Shown here: positions 38,517-47,332 of the stretch, one piece after another
Layout of the letters: each line of letters starts with the position of its first letter
Position numbering within the stretch: the first letter of the stretch is position 1
IMG/VR virus record: IMGVR_UViG_3300024258_000005
Strand: one strand, 5' to 3'
Source: a virus
Length of the DNA stretch: 64,000 nucleotides
Translations under genes and position numbers: made by a program
The notes under the pieces: generated by a model
Seen by the model: the letters and a program-made list of their open reading frames with translations, nothing else
The model's database searches: none
What the model was told of the DNA's origin: nothing

Positions 38517-40076
38517 TTAAGCCTTTATAGTCATTTTTGAATATTTAAAATCGTGTAGATCTCTAAGATCATATTTAGCTGCAATTTCATCTTTATCTGA
38601 GTTAGACATATTTTCTAATTTAATAGCATTAACAGATTTTAATTGTTGTACAAATTTATCTTCTATCTCAACGAAACCATTACCAACTGTAAGTTTAGCA
38701 TTCTTTATCTTTAAAGAACTAACACTAAAGTGTGTATAGAAACGTATTAGATTTGGTGCAACTTTCTGAATAGGTTTAGGAAACAGCTGATTGATAAGAA
38801 TATAATTATTACCACCAATCTTAATATATTTACCATTAACAGGAACAGGAATTCTAAAAGATATAGTATAAGGTTTATTTGTAGTCTGTCCGTAATCTTT
38901 ATGTTGCACTTTTACTTGATATTCTTTATATCTATTTTTATTATCATCAACAATTTTTGTTTTAATTCCAAGAACTTTAATATCAACATCTGGATCATTT
39001 TCAAGCGTACCATGAATAAGATCTTCTACAAGCTCATCTATATTTTCAGTAAGCTCAGTACGTTGTTTATCATAGTTACCCACTTCATCCATACCAACAA
39101 TCTTTTGTGAATTAAATACTGTTTTATGTGGTATATTTAAAGTAACATTACCATTATATTTCTTATTAGCCTCAGAACTTAAATCACTAATTTTATCAGA
39201 TACGTCTGTTGAAAACAATTGATTTATTTTTTCATCAAATGTTCCTTGTAATGTTGTATGTTGTTTTAAAAGACTTTTAATCTCTTTTTGTTTTGATGAA
39301 GCATTTGTTTCACTCATAGCTAAAGTTTCAATAGCTTTTTTAGTAGCATCTAATTCCTCTTCAGTATCAATAGCCTTAACAACACCTTTGGATAATTTAG
39401 TCTTTACTAATTTAAGTTGACCAATAATATTTCTTAGAAATTTTAATTTATCAGTTTCTTTCTCATCTGGTACAGCTAAAGGATAATACTTATTATTAAT
39501 AAAATAAACTATACCATCTAGGCCAGTTTTAATTTTACCAGCACTTAATTTATCCATATAAATTAATAAATTAAGAAAGTCACTTGAGTCATTATCTAAT
39601 AAAGGATTACCTATAATAAGAAGAATATTTTTTCTTTCTGGTTTATAATCTAACGTAGCGCTTCCAATAAGTTTATTAAACTCATTAAATACCATTTTAT
39701 TACTTCTACTCTTCGCAGTACTTAGTAGATCATCAATAAGACCAGAAAGGTCAAATATATTAGTACGTTCATCATTAAGTTGTTTAGCTGGTACACGAGT
39801 ATATACAAAATTTGGTAACTCAGCTTTTAGATTAATAAAGTATTTTTGTGATGAAAGTTTCTTACCGAGAAAATTACTAATGATTCCAGGCACAACAATT
39901 TGTTGATAATACCCTTTAATTTGAGTACTCATAAATTTAGATAGAGCTATATCAGATTCAGATTTAGATATAGATTCAGGTACAAAAAATACGTTATTTC
40001 CTACTTTATCTTCATCCCAAAATCTTACATTTGGTAAAGCCTGTTTGTTTCGAATCAGCTTCGTAGTGTTAATCAT
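38517..40076 (-). CDS. Probable RNA polymerase beta-like subunit, N-terminal part with long N-terminal extension
   Basis: ISFRIPVPVNGKYIKIGGNNYILINQLFPKP matches the RpoB/Rpb2 G.IP.M...G.F.INGTERVIVSQL.RSP region; first about 380 aa unrecognised. Confidence 0.7.
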   Translation of the reverse strand: MINTTKLIRNKQALPNVRFWDEDKVGNNVFFVPESISKSESDIALSKFMSTQIKGYYQQIVVPGIISNFLGKKLSSQKYFINLKAELPNFVYTRVPAKQLNDERTNIFDLSGLIDDLLSTAKSRSNKMVFNEFNKLIGSATLDYKPERKNILLIIGNPLLDNDSSDFLNLLIYMDKLSAGKIKTGLDGIVYFINNKYYPLAVPDEKETDKLKFLRNIIGQLKLVKTKLSKGVVKAIDTEEELDATKKAIETLAMSETNASSKQKEIKSLLKQHTTLQGTFDEKINQLFSTDVSDKISDLSSEANKKYNGNVTLNIPHKTVFNSQKIVGMDEVGNYDKQRTELTENIDELVEDLIHGTLENDPDVDIKVLGIKTKIVDDNKNRYKEYQVKVQHKDYGQTTNKPYTISFRIPVPVNGKYIKIGGNNYILINQLFPKPIQKVAPNLIRFYTHFSVSSLKIKNAKLTVGNGFVEIEDKFVQQLKSVNAIKLENMSNSDKDEIAAKYDLRDLHDFKYSKMTIKA

Positions 40077-40150
40077 TAGAGTTCCTTTTTAAATTTCTTA
40101 ATTATTTTGTTGTTTCTATATTAATTTGTTATTGTAGTCTGAAATGAAGC

Positions 40151-40176
40151 ACAAGAAAAAGACCCTAAGGTCTTTT
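40151..40176 (-). terminator. Hairpin + TTCTTGT terminator-like element
   Basis: aaaagacc-ctaa-ggtctttt overlapping the stop of 40175..40426. Confidence 0.6.
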
Positions 40177-40426
40177 AATCTTTTCTTTTAATACCCATCT
40201 CAGCTAAGAGTTCTTCATTGTATTTAACAGCACTTAAAGCTTTACTTACAACTTGAGCATCTCTTTTCATATGATGAATTTTAAGTTCTTGTCTTGCAAC
40301 CTCATTTGCCGACTCTATTTTTAGTATGAGAACATCTTCATATTTCATACCTATAAATTGTGTAGGATTAATTCCATATAAATCTGATGTGCTAACAATA
40401 CTTTTTGTTCTTACAAAATTATCCAC
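40175..40426 (-). CDS. Hypothetical protein
   Basis: 83 aa ORF in a coupled operon. Confidence 0.5.
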   Translation of the reverse strand: MDNFVRTKSIVSTSDLYGINPTQFIGMKYEDVLILKIESANEVARQELKIHHMKRDAQVVSKALSAVKYNEELLAEMGIKRKD

Positions 40427-40676
40427 AACGATCCTCGCTTTTATCTCTCACATAATCTTCAATAGCATCATTAACAATACTATCTACTTTACCATTAAAA
40501 GATTCTAGTAAAAAATCTAAAAAACATTGAGTACTTTGATCAACATCACCTTTAAAAACCAATTGACCTTTATCAAATTCAAGTCTGCCTACTTCACCTT
40601 TAGCATCATTAAATACTAAATTATATTGAGGTTCTATCTTAACTTGTTTTTCATCTGAATGATAATGCATTACCAA
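40419..40676 (-). CDS. Hypothetical protein
   Basis: 85 aa ORF overlapping its neighbours. Confidence 0.5.
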   Translation of the reverse strand: MVMHYHSDEKQVKIEPQYNLVFNDAKGEVGRLEFDKGQLVFKGDVDQSTQCFLDFLLESFNGKVDSIVNDAIEDYVRDKSEDRCG

Positions 40677-41125
40677 TCCTTATATGGGAGTTTAATTAAG
40701 CTTGAGTTAAAATATTTAGGATCAGTAAGCTCTTTTCCTAACCACGACGGTTTATCAAAATTTTGATCAGCGTTTTTAAATTCAACTTCTGCAACAACAA
40801 GACCTTCGTTATCACCATGAAATACATCTACTTCAATTATTAAGTCATCCCATGAAACATTATAACGGGTCTTACTTATTGCACCAGGACATAACTTCAA
40901 CATTTGTATAGCATCTACCTTTGGAATATTGTATTCAAACTCATCTCGAGTAATGCTAATATTAGCACCTTTAACTGTGATATATGCAACGTTATCTTTT
41001 ATTCTGACTCTTACTACGCTTTCGTCAGTAATGCTCAAATAACCTTGTTTAATCTTATTAGGTGACTTCGCAAATTTTAGAAATTCATCACTTAGAACTT
41101 CAAACTTTCTTTCAATCTCTTTCAT
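40670..41125 (-). CDS. CYTH-domain (triphosphate tunnel metalloenzyme / CyaB-like) protein
   Basis: EIERKF, IKQGYL, VRVRI, ITVKG, RDEFEY, KTRY, IEVDVF, LVVAEVEF, PSWLGKELT motifs. Confidence 0.9.
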   Translation of the reverse strand: MKEIERKFEVLSDEFLKFAKSPNKIKQGYLSITDESVVRVRIKDNVAYITVKGANISITRDEFEYNIPKVDAIQMLKLCPGAISKTRYNVSWDDLIIEVDVFHGDNEGLVVAEVEFKNADQNFDKPSWLGKELTDPKYFNSSLIKLPYKDW

Positions 41126-41804
41126 GTAAAGCCTTTATTTCATTAGACCAATTATCAAAAGGAACTTGTTTCTCTTCAATTAATTGGATTATAGTATCAT
41201 CATCATTAGATACCTTGTAGCCAAAATAATCAGTTGGCCAATTCTCTTTAATTCTTTTAGTAAATAGGTATTTACTAATATCAAATATCTCAAGTTCAGT
41301 AAATAATTTTTTAATAATAGCTTTAGAGTCTCGATGACTTTTACCATATATACTTTTAAAATGTTTTGAACTTTGTCTCTTTATTCCTTGACGAAATAAA
41401 AGAAGCTCTGAACTCCATAATAAATCAAATACATTAGGAAATGGTTTTTGTTGTCCTATACAATATTCTTCTAAAATATTATTATTATACACATAGACAG
41501 TTGTATTAATATTTTCAACTAAATCTAGAAAATCTCTACATAATTTTTTAAAATGTTTTACATCAATTGCTATAACAACTTCAGAACTATATGTTTGATA
41601 ATCTGTATGTTGAGCTCGAAGCTTCTTAAGATTATCACCATTACTTTTAATTTCAAAACTAATGATACAAGAGTTATCCACAAGAAACAAATCGTTTCTT
41701 GTGGATAAGGTGACATGAGTGTATTCATCACGAATAAAACTATCAGGATATTTTTCTAAATATAATTTACGAAGAGCTTCTCGTATATCTTTTTCATTTG
41801 TCAT
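41112..41804 (-). CDS. sce7726-family / MmcB-like PD-(D/E)XK protein
   Basis: EKDIREAL...DEY...RNDL..V...IISFEIKS.GDNLKKL..Q...Y matches the sce7726 pattern. Confidence 0.65.
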   Translation of the reverse strand: MTNEKDIREALRKLYLEKYPDSFIRDEYTHVTLSTRNDLFLVDNSCIISFEIKSNGDNLKKLRAQHTDYQTYSSEVVIAIDVKHFKKLCRDFLDLVENINTTVYVYNNNILEEYCIGQQKPFPNVFDLLWSSELLLFRQGIKRQSSKHFKSIYGKSHRDSKAIIKKLFTELEIFDISKYLFTKRIKENWPTDYFGYKVSNDDDTIIQLIEEKQVPFDNWSNEIKALHERD

Positions 41805-41814
41805 AATAAACCTT

Positions 41815-42015
41815 TTATTTTTTTATCTCTTTAGGTGATACACTTTTATAAAATCGTATTACTCTTATACAATCTTCGCAATTAATTTTCTCTGTTGTTG
41901 GAAAACCATTTACTTCTGTTTGTGCAATAGTACACATAGTAAAGTCATCTTGTAATTCAAATATGCCATGAACTACATTTTCAACTTTTAATTTCTCTAC
42001 CATTTTTAACCCCAA
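41815..42015 (-). CDS. Small Cys/His protein
   Basis: 66 aa; VHG...TMC...INCEDC possible Zn finger. Confidence 0.5.
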   Translation of the reverse strand: MGLKMVEKLKVENVVHGIFELQDDFTMCTIAQTEVNGFPTTEKINCEDCIRVIRFYKSVSPKEIKK

Positions 42016-42164
42016 TATCTAGGGGATTTATCAGCAGCTAACTTCAGCTCTTTGCGAATCTCATTATTTAATAAGTCTAATACATCAACTATACCAGCAT
42101 TCTCTTTTAGATCCTGCACCAACTTTTTTATTCTTACTAACTCATCTACCGCTTCAACTTTCAT
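42006..42164 (-). CDS. Small hypothetical protein (missed by the track)
   Basis: Manual translation MKVEAVDELVRIKKLVQDLKENAG...PRYWG* (52 aa) with AGGA RBS. Confidence 0.5.
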   Translation of the reverse strand: MKVEAVDELVRIKKLVQDLKENAGIVDVLDLLNNEIRKELKLAADKSPRYWG

Positions 42165-42184
42165 TATAATTCCTAGGGATATTT

Positions 42185-42796
42185 CTATATTAACTTTAAA
42201 AGCTGATCTATATCTTCTCTACCATTACCAACAATATTTAAATCAGCATCTGGAAAATATTCATTAAATCTTTTTCTTAGTAAAGCATTATATAAATCAC
42301 TTGTGTAATTATATGGTGTACAATAATGTATATCACCAGCTTTAATAATACGATTTTGGTACATGTCAATATATCTAAATAACATTTCTTCAATGTCTTT
42401 TTCTATAATTTTAAAGTAATCTTTTAAACTTTTATTTTTAATAAGATTTTCTAACCTTAAATGATTATGACCATGTAATCCTATATTAACTTGCTTTAGT
42501 TTTGATAATGATATTAGATCGTCATATGAAACATAATTTGATAAATCACCATTGGAAAAGAAATTATCATGAGCAATTGAACATTCTTCATAGTTTCTAT
42601 TATCATCAGTATTAATAATACCTGTTGATACATAATATCGAATCTCTATATCAGGATATATATTACAGATTTTAAAAATAGGTTCTATTTGACCATAAAG
42701 ACCATCATCAAATGTTAAAATATAATCATCCAATTTTAGTTTAAAATAGTCATCCCTCCATTGATGTATCATTAGATACTTCTTTGAAGATTCCAT
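42185..42796 (-). CDS. Polysaccharide deacetylase (NodB-like)
   Basis: LTFDDGL, RYYVSTG, IGLHGHNH motifs. Confidence 0.75.
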   Translation of the reverse strand: MESSKKYLMIHQWRDDYFKLKLDDYILTFDDGLYGQIEPIFKICNIYPDIEIRYYVSTGIINTDDNRNYEECSIAHDNFFSNGDLSNYVSYDDLISLSKLKQVNIGLHGHNHLRLENLIKNKSLKDYFKIIEKDIEEMLFRYIDMYQNRIIKAGDIHYCTPYNYTSDLYNALLRKRFNEYFPDADLNIVGNGREDIDQLLKLI

Positions 42797-42798
42797 TT

Positions 42799-43149
42799 TT
42801 AAACGCTCGAGGATTGTCTTACTGCAACTTGAATAGTTTCTCTTACTGTATCTAAATGATCAGTAATTGTTTGTATCTCAGTGAGTACTGACTTATGTGC
42901 TGACTTTTGTGCGTCATCCAAATTAGTTGAATCTATGTAATTAATGGTTTCTTTCATTTCTTTAATACCAGGGCATACATCTTCTAATTCATCAGCTATA
43001 TCTGAAATTGCTAAAACTTGTAAATTATACTCTTCTCTAGTTACTTTGTAACCAGCAATCTCTTCTAGTTCTGCTTCGTTTAGCATTACAACTCTACCAC
43101 TTTCTAAATGAACAGTATATTCACCTGCGCCTTCGTATATTTTCGTCAT
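42799..43149 (-). CDS. Hypothetical protein
   Basis: 116 aa; AGTTAATATAGAAAT motif upstream at 43174-43188. Confidence 0.5.
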   Translation of the reverse strand: MTKIYEGAGEYTVHLESGRVVMLNEAELEEIAGYKVTREEYNLQVLAISDIADELEDVCPGIKEMKETINYIDSTNLDDAQKSAHKSVLTEIQTITDHLDTVRETIQVAVRQSSSV

Positions 43150-43182
43150 ATTTCTTCCTTTGGTTTTATTATAATTTCTATA

Positions 43183-43389
43183 TTAACTTAATTTATCTTT
43201 ATTGATAAACATAAGTTCTTTGTTAAATTCATTACGATTAATGAATCCAACACAAACATTATTAACTTTATTAAACTTTTCCCATAAGGTTTGAGTCTTA
43301 GAAAAGAATCCTATATTTCTATAACATTTTTCACATATAACATTTCCTTGATCATAACTATTACACGCGGCTAAATTATTGGCTAACAT
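43183..43389 (-). CDS. Small Cys-containing hypothetical protein
   Basis: 68 aa with AAGGAG RBS; C...CEKC...C. Confidence 0.5.
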   Translation of the reverse strand: MLANNLAACNSYDQGNVICEKCYRNIGFFSKTQTLWEKFNKVNNVCVGFINRNEFNKELMFINKDKLS

Positions 43390-43429
43390 TAGTCTCCTTT
43401 TTATAATTATTTGTTAGAGAAGTACAAAT

Positions 43430-43444
43430 AGTTACCATAGAAAT
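43430..43444 (+). promoter_or_regulatory. Putative phage promoter motif AGTTACCATAGAAAT
   Basis: Identical or near-identical copies precede plus-strand genes at 43932 and 58740 (another copy at 58322) and minus-strand genes at 42181, 43174, 49874, 49956, 58246. Confidence 0.6.
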
Positions 43445-43477
43445 AAATATATCAATAAAAATCAAAGGAGCATTAAG

Positions 43478-43756
43478 ATGCTAAATAATTTAACAAAAGA
43501 AGCCTATTTAAAAGTAATAGAGCATAACGGTAATCTAGTGTTACCACTAAGAAGAAGCAACAAAATAGTTGCAAAAATAGGAGAGTGTTCAACACTCATA
43601 ACTCGTGAATACAGTAAAAATGTTACAGGAGTAAGATACATAGACATTATATGTCTAGGTAAAAAAATAGGGACAACTTATTTAGAAAAGAAAACAGTTG
43701 GTGATGATATAAGTTATCACTTCGAATATGTAGAAGCATATTCAAGAATAGATTAA
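43478..43756 (+). CDS. Hypothetical protein
   Basis: AAGGAG RBS and promoter motif upstream; hairpin downstream. Confidence 0.6.
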   Translation: MLNNLTKEAYLKVIEHNGNLVLPLRRSNKIVAKIGECSTLITREYSKNVTGVRYIDIICLGKKIGTTYLEKKTVGDDISYHFEYVEAYSRID

Positions 43757-43778
43757 ATTCTATTCTTTGATTTCAAGG

Positions 43779-43806
43779 ACAAGAATTGTCCTACTTCCGT
43801 AGGACT
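43779..43806. terminator. Terminator-like hairpin (possibly bidirectional)
   Basis: gtcctac-ttcc-gtaggac preceded by acaagaa and followed by a T-run. Confidence 0.55.
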
Positions 43807-43978
43807 AACATTTTTTCAGCCAAAGTTCTCACAAAGCCGTACGTTTTTATTTTATGGCCTAGAACGTGTCTCAAAACTTTGCGACCAATTATTTGTTCAT
43901 GGGAAGGTTTTTAGGCTTGAGTAATTAAGTAAGTTACCATAGAAATATATATATTAAATCGAACAGAAAGGGGTCACA

Positions 43979-44203
43979 ATGACTAAAGTAAGATTAATAA
44001 CAGAAGTATCTAAAAAGATACTAGAAATAAATGATTGTGGCATAGATGCCACAATTGATGTAACAGCATCAAACGGCAAAAGAGTTGCCCAATTTGGTAA
44101 CTCAGATTTAGACTTAGATATAATCAGAACAAATATGGTTATGTCATTAATAGATGTGAAAGGTGATTTCGATTATGAAATCACACACAAGAATAGTCAG
44201 TAG
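43979..44203 (+). CDS. Hypothetical protein
   Basis: Promoter motif at 43932 and RBS; converges on the HD-GYP gene at palindrome cagtagcaattgctactg. Confidence 0.55.
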   Translation: MTKVRLITEVSKKILEINDCGIDATIDVTASNGKRVAQFGNSDLDLDIIRTNMVMSLIDVKGDFDYEITHKNSQ

Positions 44204-44222
44204 CAATTGCTACTGACTATTT

Positions 44223-45290
44223 TTATTTGATTGTTTCTTTAATTTGCTCGAACTTATATTTATTGTTAAAATATAATTCAATTAAATCAGGATCAAATGA
44301 TACTCCAGATTCTTCTTTAAAATATGTATCTATTTCTGATTCCAACCAAGCATTTTTATAAGGTCGAATTGAACTTAAAGCATCATATACATCAGCAATT
44401 GCTACCACTCGTCCTTCTATACTTATACTTTCTTCTTTAAGTTTATTTGGATAACCTGTACCATTCCATTTTTCATGATGATGATAACTAATAAGTCCAG
44501 CTGTTTTTAATACTGACAATTCTGAATGTTTAAATATGTCATGACCAAGTTTCGTATGATCTTTCATTATTTCAAATTCATCTATTGTTAATTTTCGTGG
44601 TGCATGTAAAATATTATCATCTATTCCTATTTTACCTGCATCATGCATAGGAGCAGCATACTTAATCAACTTGCTACGTTCCTCTGATAATCCATAAGCT
44701 CTTGCTAAAATATATGAATACTCAGCAACTCTTGCAACATGATGTTTTAAATCAGTATCTTTTCCTTCAATAATAGAACTCAAGTTGATAATAAGTTCTC
44801 TTTGTGATTCTTCAATTTCTTGACGAAGATCAATAAGTTCTGTTATATCTTGACGAAGAGCTAAAAATTCAAATATTTTATTATTTTTTATAATTGGAAA
44901 AATTGATAAAACACTCCATTTTGTTTCATTGAACTTAGTTTTATAACTAATATTACCTTTCCATATTTTACCAGATGATATAGTTCTCCACATATCTTTA
45001 TAAATAATAGGATCAGTATCATTATCTTTGATTATAGCATGAGTCTTACCTATAACCTCACCAAGTGTTAAATTATAAACTCTAAGAAATTCAGCATTTG
45101 CATACGTTATTACCCCTGCAATATCTGTTTTTGATATACAATAATTATGATTGAATATATCTTTATATTGAAACGCTATATCAATATCTGATGAGTCATG
45201 AGAAAATACATTACAATGTCTAGGACAGAATAGATGTCTAATATACCGAACAGGGTTAAATCTGCTGAGTGTCTCAAAACAATTTACCAT
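44223..45290 (-). CDS. PAS-domain HD-GYP cyclic dinucleotide phosphodiesterase
   Basis: PAS: ISKTDIAGVITYANAEF...GEVIGKTHAII...MWRTISSGKIWKG; HD-GYP: MHDAGKIG, HT..G, HHHEKWNGTGYP, VAIADVYDAL..RPYK. Confidence 0.9.
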   Translation of the reverse strand: MVNCFETLSRFNPVRYIRHLFCPRHCNVFSHDSSDIDIAFQYKDIFNHNYCISKTDIAGVITYANAEFLRVYNLTLGEVIGKTHAIIKDNDTDPIIYKDMWRTISSGKIWKGNISYKTKFNETKWSVLSIFPIIKNNKIFEFLALRQDITELIDLRQEIEESQRELIINLSSIIEGKDTDLKHHVARVAEYSYILARAYGLSEERSKLIKYAAPMHDAGKIGIDDNILHAPRKLTIDEFEIMKDHTKLGHDIFKHSELSVLKTAGLISYHHHEKWNGTGYPNKLKEESISIEGRVVAIADVYDALSSIRPYKNAWLESEIDTYFKEESGVSFDPDLIELYFNNKYKFEQIKETIK

Positions 45291-45301
45291 AGTTTCTCCT
45301 T

Positions 45302-45586
45302 TTATTTTAAGTAATATATACCTTCGTTTATACCACTATCTAAATAATTTGTTGAGTACCTGTCTTTGCCAAATTCACAAAATACCTCATATTCATTATT
45401 TTTATCTTTAATGTTTGTTGTGATTAATAATTTATGACAATAGTTCTTAATTTGTATTGTTGTCTGCTTATTTCTTGTTTTTAGTGATAATATATCACCA
45501 CCGTTATAACCCGTAAATGTTTTAATATTAAATATATCCAATTCGATAGCATACTTAATTAATGATTTCATATCTTTATTATACAT
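45302..45586 (-). CDS. Hypothetical protein, tandem paralogue of 45693..45980
   Basis: MY...MK.L.KYA.ELDI..I.TF.GY.GGDI.S.K shared. Confidence 0.6.
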   Translation of the reverse strand: MYNKDMKSLIKYAIELDIFNIKTFTGYNGGDILSLKTRNKQTTIQIKNYCHKLLITTNIKDKNNEYEVFCEFGKDRYSTNYLDSGINEGIYYLK

Positions 45587-45692
45587 AGCACTCTCTTTTT
45601 AATTCTTTACTTTTTGCATCAAGAATCATCTATTAAACTTTTTATTAAGGGTTTAATAGATGATTCTTATTTGATCTCGTTTTTAACTTTAC

Positions 45693-45980
45693 TTATTTAA
45701 GACTATATGATTTAAAATCATTTAAATCATCATTTAAATCTAAAGTTATATCATTTCCAAATGCGCAAAATATAGTAGCAAAATCAGAATTTTTATCTTT
45801 TTTAATATTAGTATCTATATTAATACCATGACAGTATCTTTTTAATCTTTTTAAGTGATCAATATTTGGTGACTTAAAACTAATTATATCACCACCTTTA
45901 TATCCATCGAAAGTATTAATACTTTCGATGTCTAATTCTAAGGCATACTTAACTAAAATTTTCATTTTATTAATATACAT
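45693..45980 (-). CDS. Hypothetical protein, tandem paralogue of 45302..45586
   Basis: As above; also shares YCH..I.TNIK...FC.FG.D. Confidence 0.6.
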   Translation of the reverse strand: MYINKMKILVKYALELDIESINTFDGYKGGDIISFKSPNIDHLKRLKRYCHGINIDTNIKKDKNSDFATIFCAFGNDITLDLNDDLNDFKSYSLK

Positions 45981-46184
45981 TATTTTCCTTTTATTCGTTT
46001 CTGAAACGAATATTTTAATTGCCGTTATATATGTAATTAAAGTGTTATATTCGCTTTAATTAGCTTAATTACACATATAACGGCATTTACGGGGTGCCGG
46101 AAGTTGGAGTGTTGATTGTAAACAAACAAGACTGCAATGTGGAGAAATTGTTCAAAATATATAGATTAGCAGCTAATCTATATA

Positions 46185-46676
46185 TTATTTCTTTAATGCT
46201 TGTATTTCATTTTTTAATATTTCATTTTCTATTTTTAATAATTGTCTAGAACCAATTCTGGTTGAATTTTTATTTCTACTTCCAAATGTATCAGTTTGTG
46301 CATGACAATTTCGACACAACATTCTTAAATTATTTCGCTTATTATTTAAAGCATCACCATCTATATGATCCATTTCCATTGGAACAGGTAATCCATTCCA
46401 TTCAGATAATTTACAAATTTGACAACAAGTTTCTTCTTTCCGCATATATGTTACAATATGGTTACTTGTTCTGGTTATTTTATTCTTTTTCTGAAGACCA
46501 TCTTCTTCTCCAGATAACCATTTAGTGATATAAACACTAGCTTTATAATCCATTTGACATTGATTATTACAATATCTTAAACCTGATTTTGTAATATTTG
46601 TTTTTTTATAGCGAATTTCTTTTTCACATGCTACGCAAATAGCATCAGCATAATACTTATCATTATCTTTGCCCAT
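46185..46676 (-). CDS. HNH endonuclease
   Basis: CQIC.LSEWNG.PVPMEMDHIDGDALNNKRNNLRMLCRNCHAQT. Confidence 0.9.
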   Translation of the reverse strand: MGKDNDKYYADAICVACEKEIRYKKTNITKSGLRYCNNQCQMDYKASVYITKWLSGEEDGLQKKNKITRTSNHIVTYMRKEETCCQICKLSEWNGLPVPMEMDHIDGDALNNKRNNLRMLCRNCHAQTDTFGSRNKNSTRIGSRQLLKIENEILKNEIQALKK

Positions 46677-46763
46677 TTTTCTTTATTGTAATTTCTATTA
46701 TATTCTTTATATTTCTCTTTTTGTTCTGGTGTTTTACACATTATTTTTACTTTTTATAATAAT

Positions 46764-46937
46764 CTATCTACTAGAATCAACAATACCATTACAAAAACAA
46801 TATGGACATTCTATTGGTTCACGTGGATCTCTATTTTCACGTTCTTTATCAGTTGGATTAGGATGATATCCAGTTCCTTTACAAAATTTGCAAACAGTTT
46901 CATCGTTTGCAAAATTCTCTACTTCTTCTAATAACAT
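46764..46937 (-). CDS. Small DnaJ-type zinc-finger protein (missed by the track)
   Basis: Manual translation MLLEEVENFANDETVCKFCKGTGYHP...ECPYCFCNGIVDSSR* (57 aa); CxxCxGxG and CxxCxxxG. Confidence 0.65.
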   Translation of the reverse strand: MLLEEVENFANDETVCKFCKGTGYHPNPTDKERENRDPREPIECPYCFCNGIVDSSR

Positions 46938-46939
46938 CT

Positions 46940-47332
46940 TTAATCCTTTTCAAGAAGTTCTACAAATTCAACATGATCTTTAGGGATTTTACCACGCATT
47001 TGGAAATCATATTTTCTTGCTTTTAAATCTTTTAAAAGTCTCTTAGTTTCATCAACAGTTAAATCATCAACATTAGAATCATTATCAAACTTAGTAGGTT
47101 TATCACCTACAATTTGTTTGATAGCATTATCAAACATAGCTTGTTTAGCAGGAGATACCTTATATGGAAGTTTAGTCATTCTTAACCAGTTAAGAACTCT
47201 ATTAAGATCACTAACAGTTTTATTAGCTTTATAATAATCCATTACGCCTTTGATCTTAAGAATAACATCTTTTTCGGCTTTGACATTTAATCTCACGATT
47301 TGCCAAGACGCATTGAATTTATTTACTTTCAT
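46940..47332 (-). CDS. Hypothetical protein
   Basis: 130 aa with AAGGA RBS. Confidence 0.55.
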   Translation of the reverse strand: MKVNKFNASWQIVRLNVKAEKDVILKIKGVMDYYKANKTVSDLNRVLNWLRMTKLPYKVSPAKQAMFDNAIKQIVGDKPTKFDNDSNVDDLTVDETKRLLKDLKARKYDFQMRGKIPKDHVEFVELLEKD

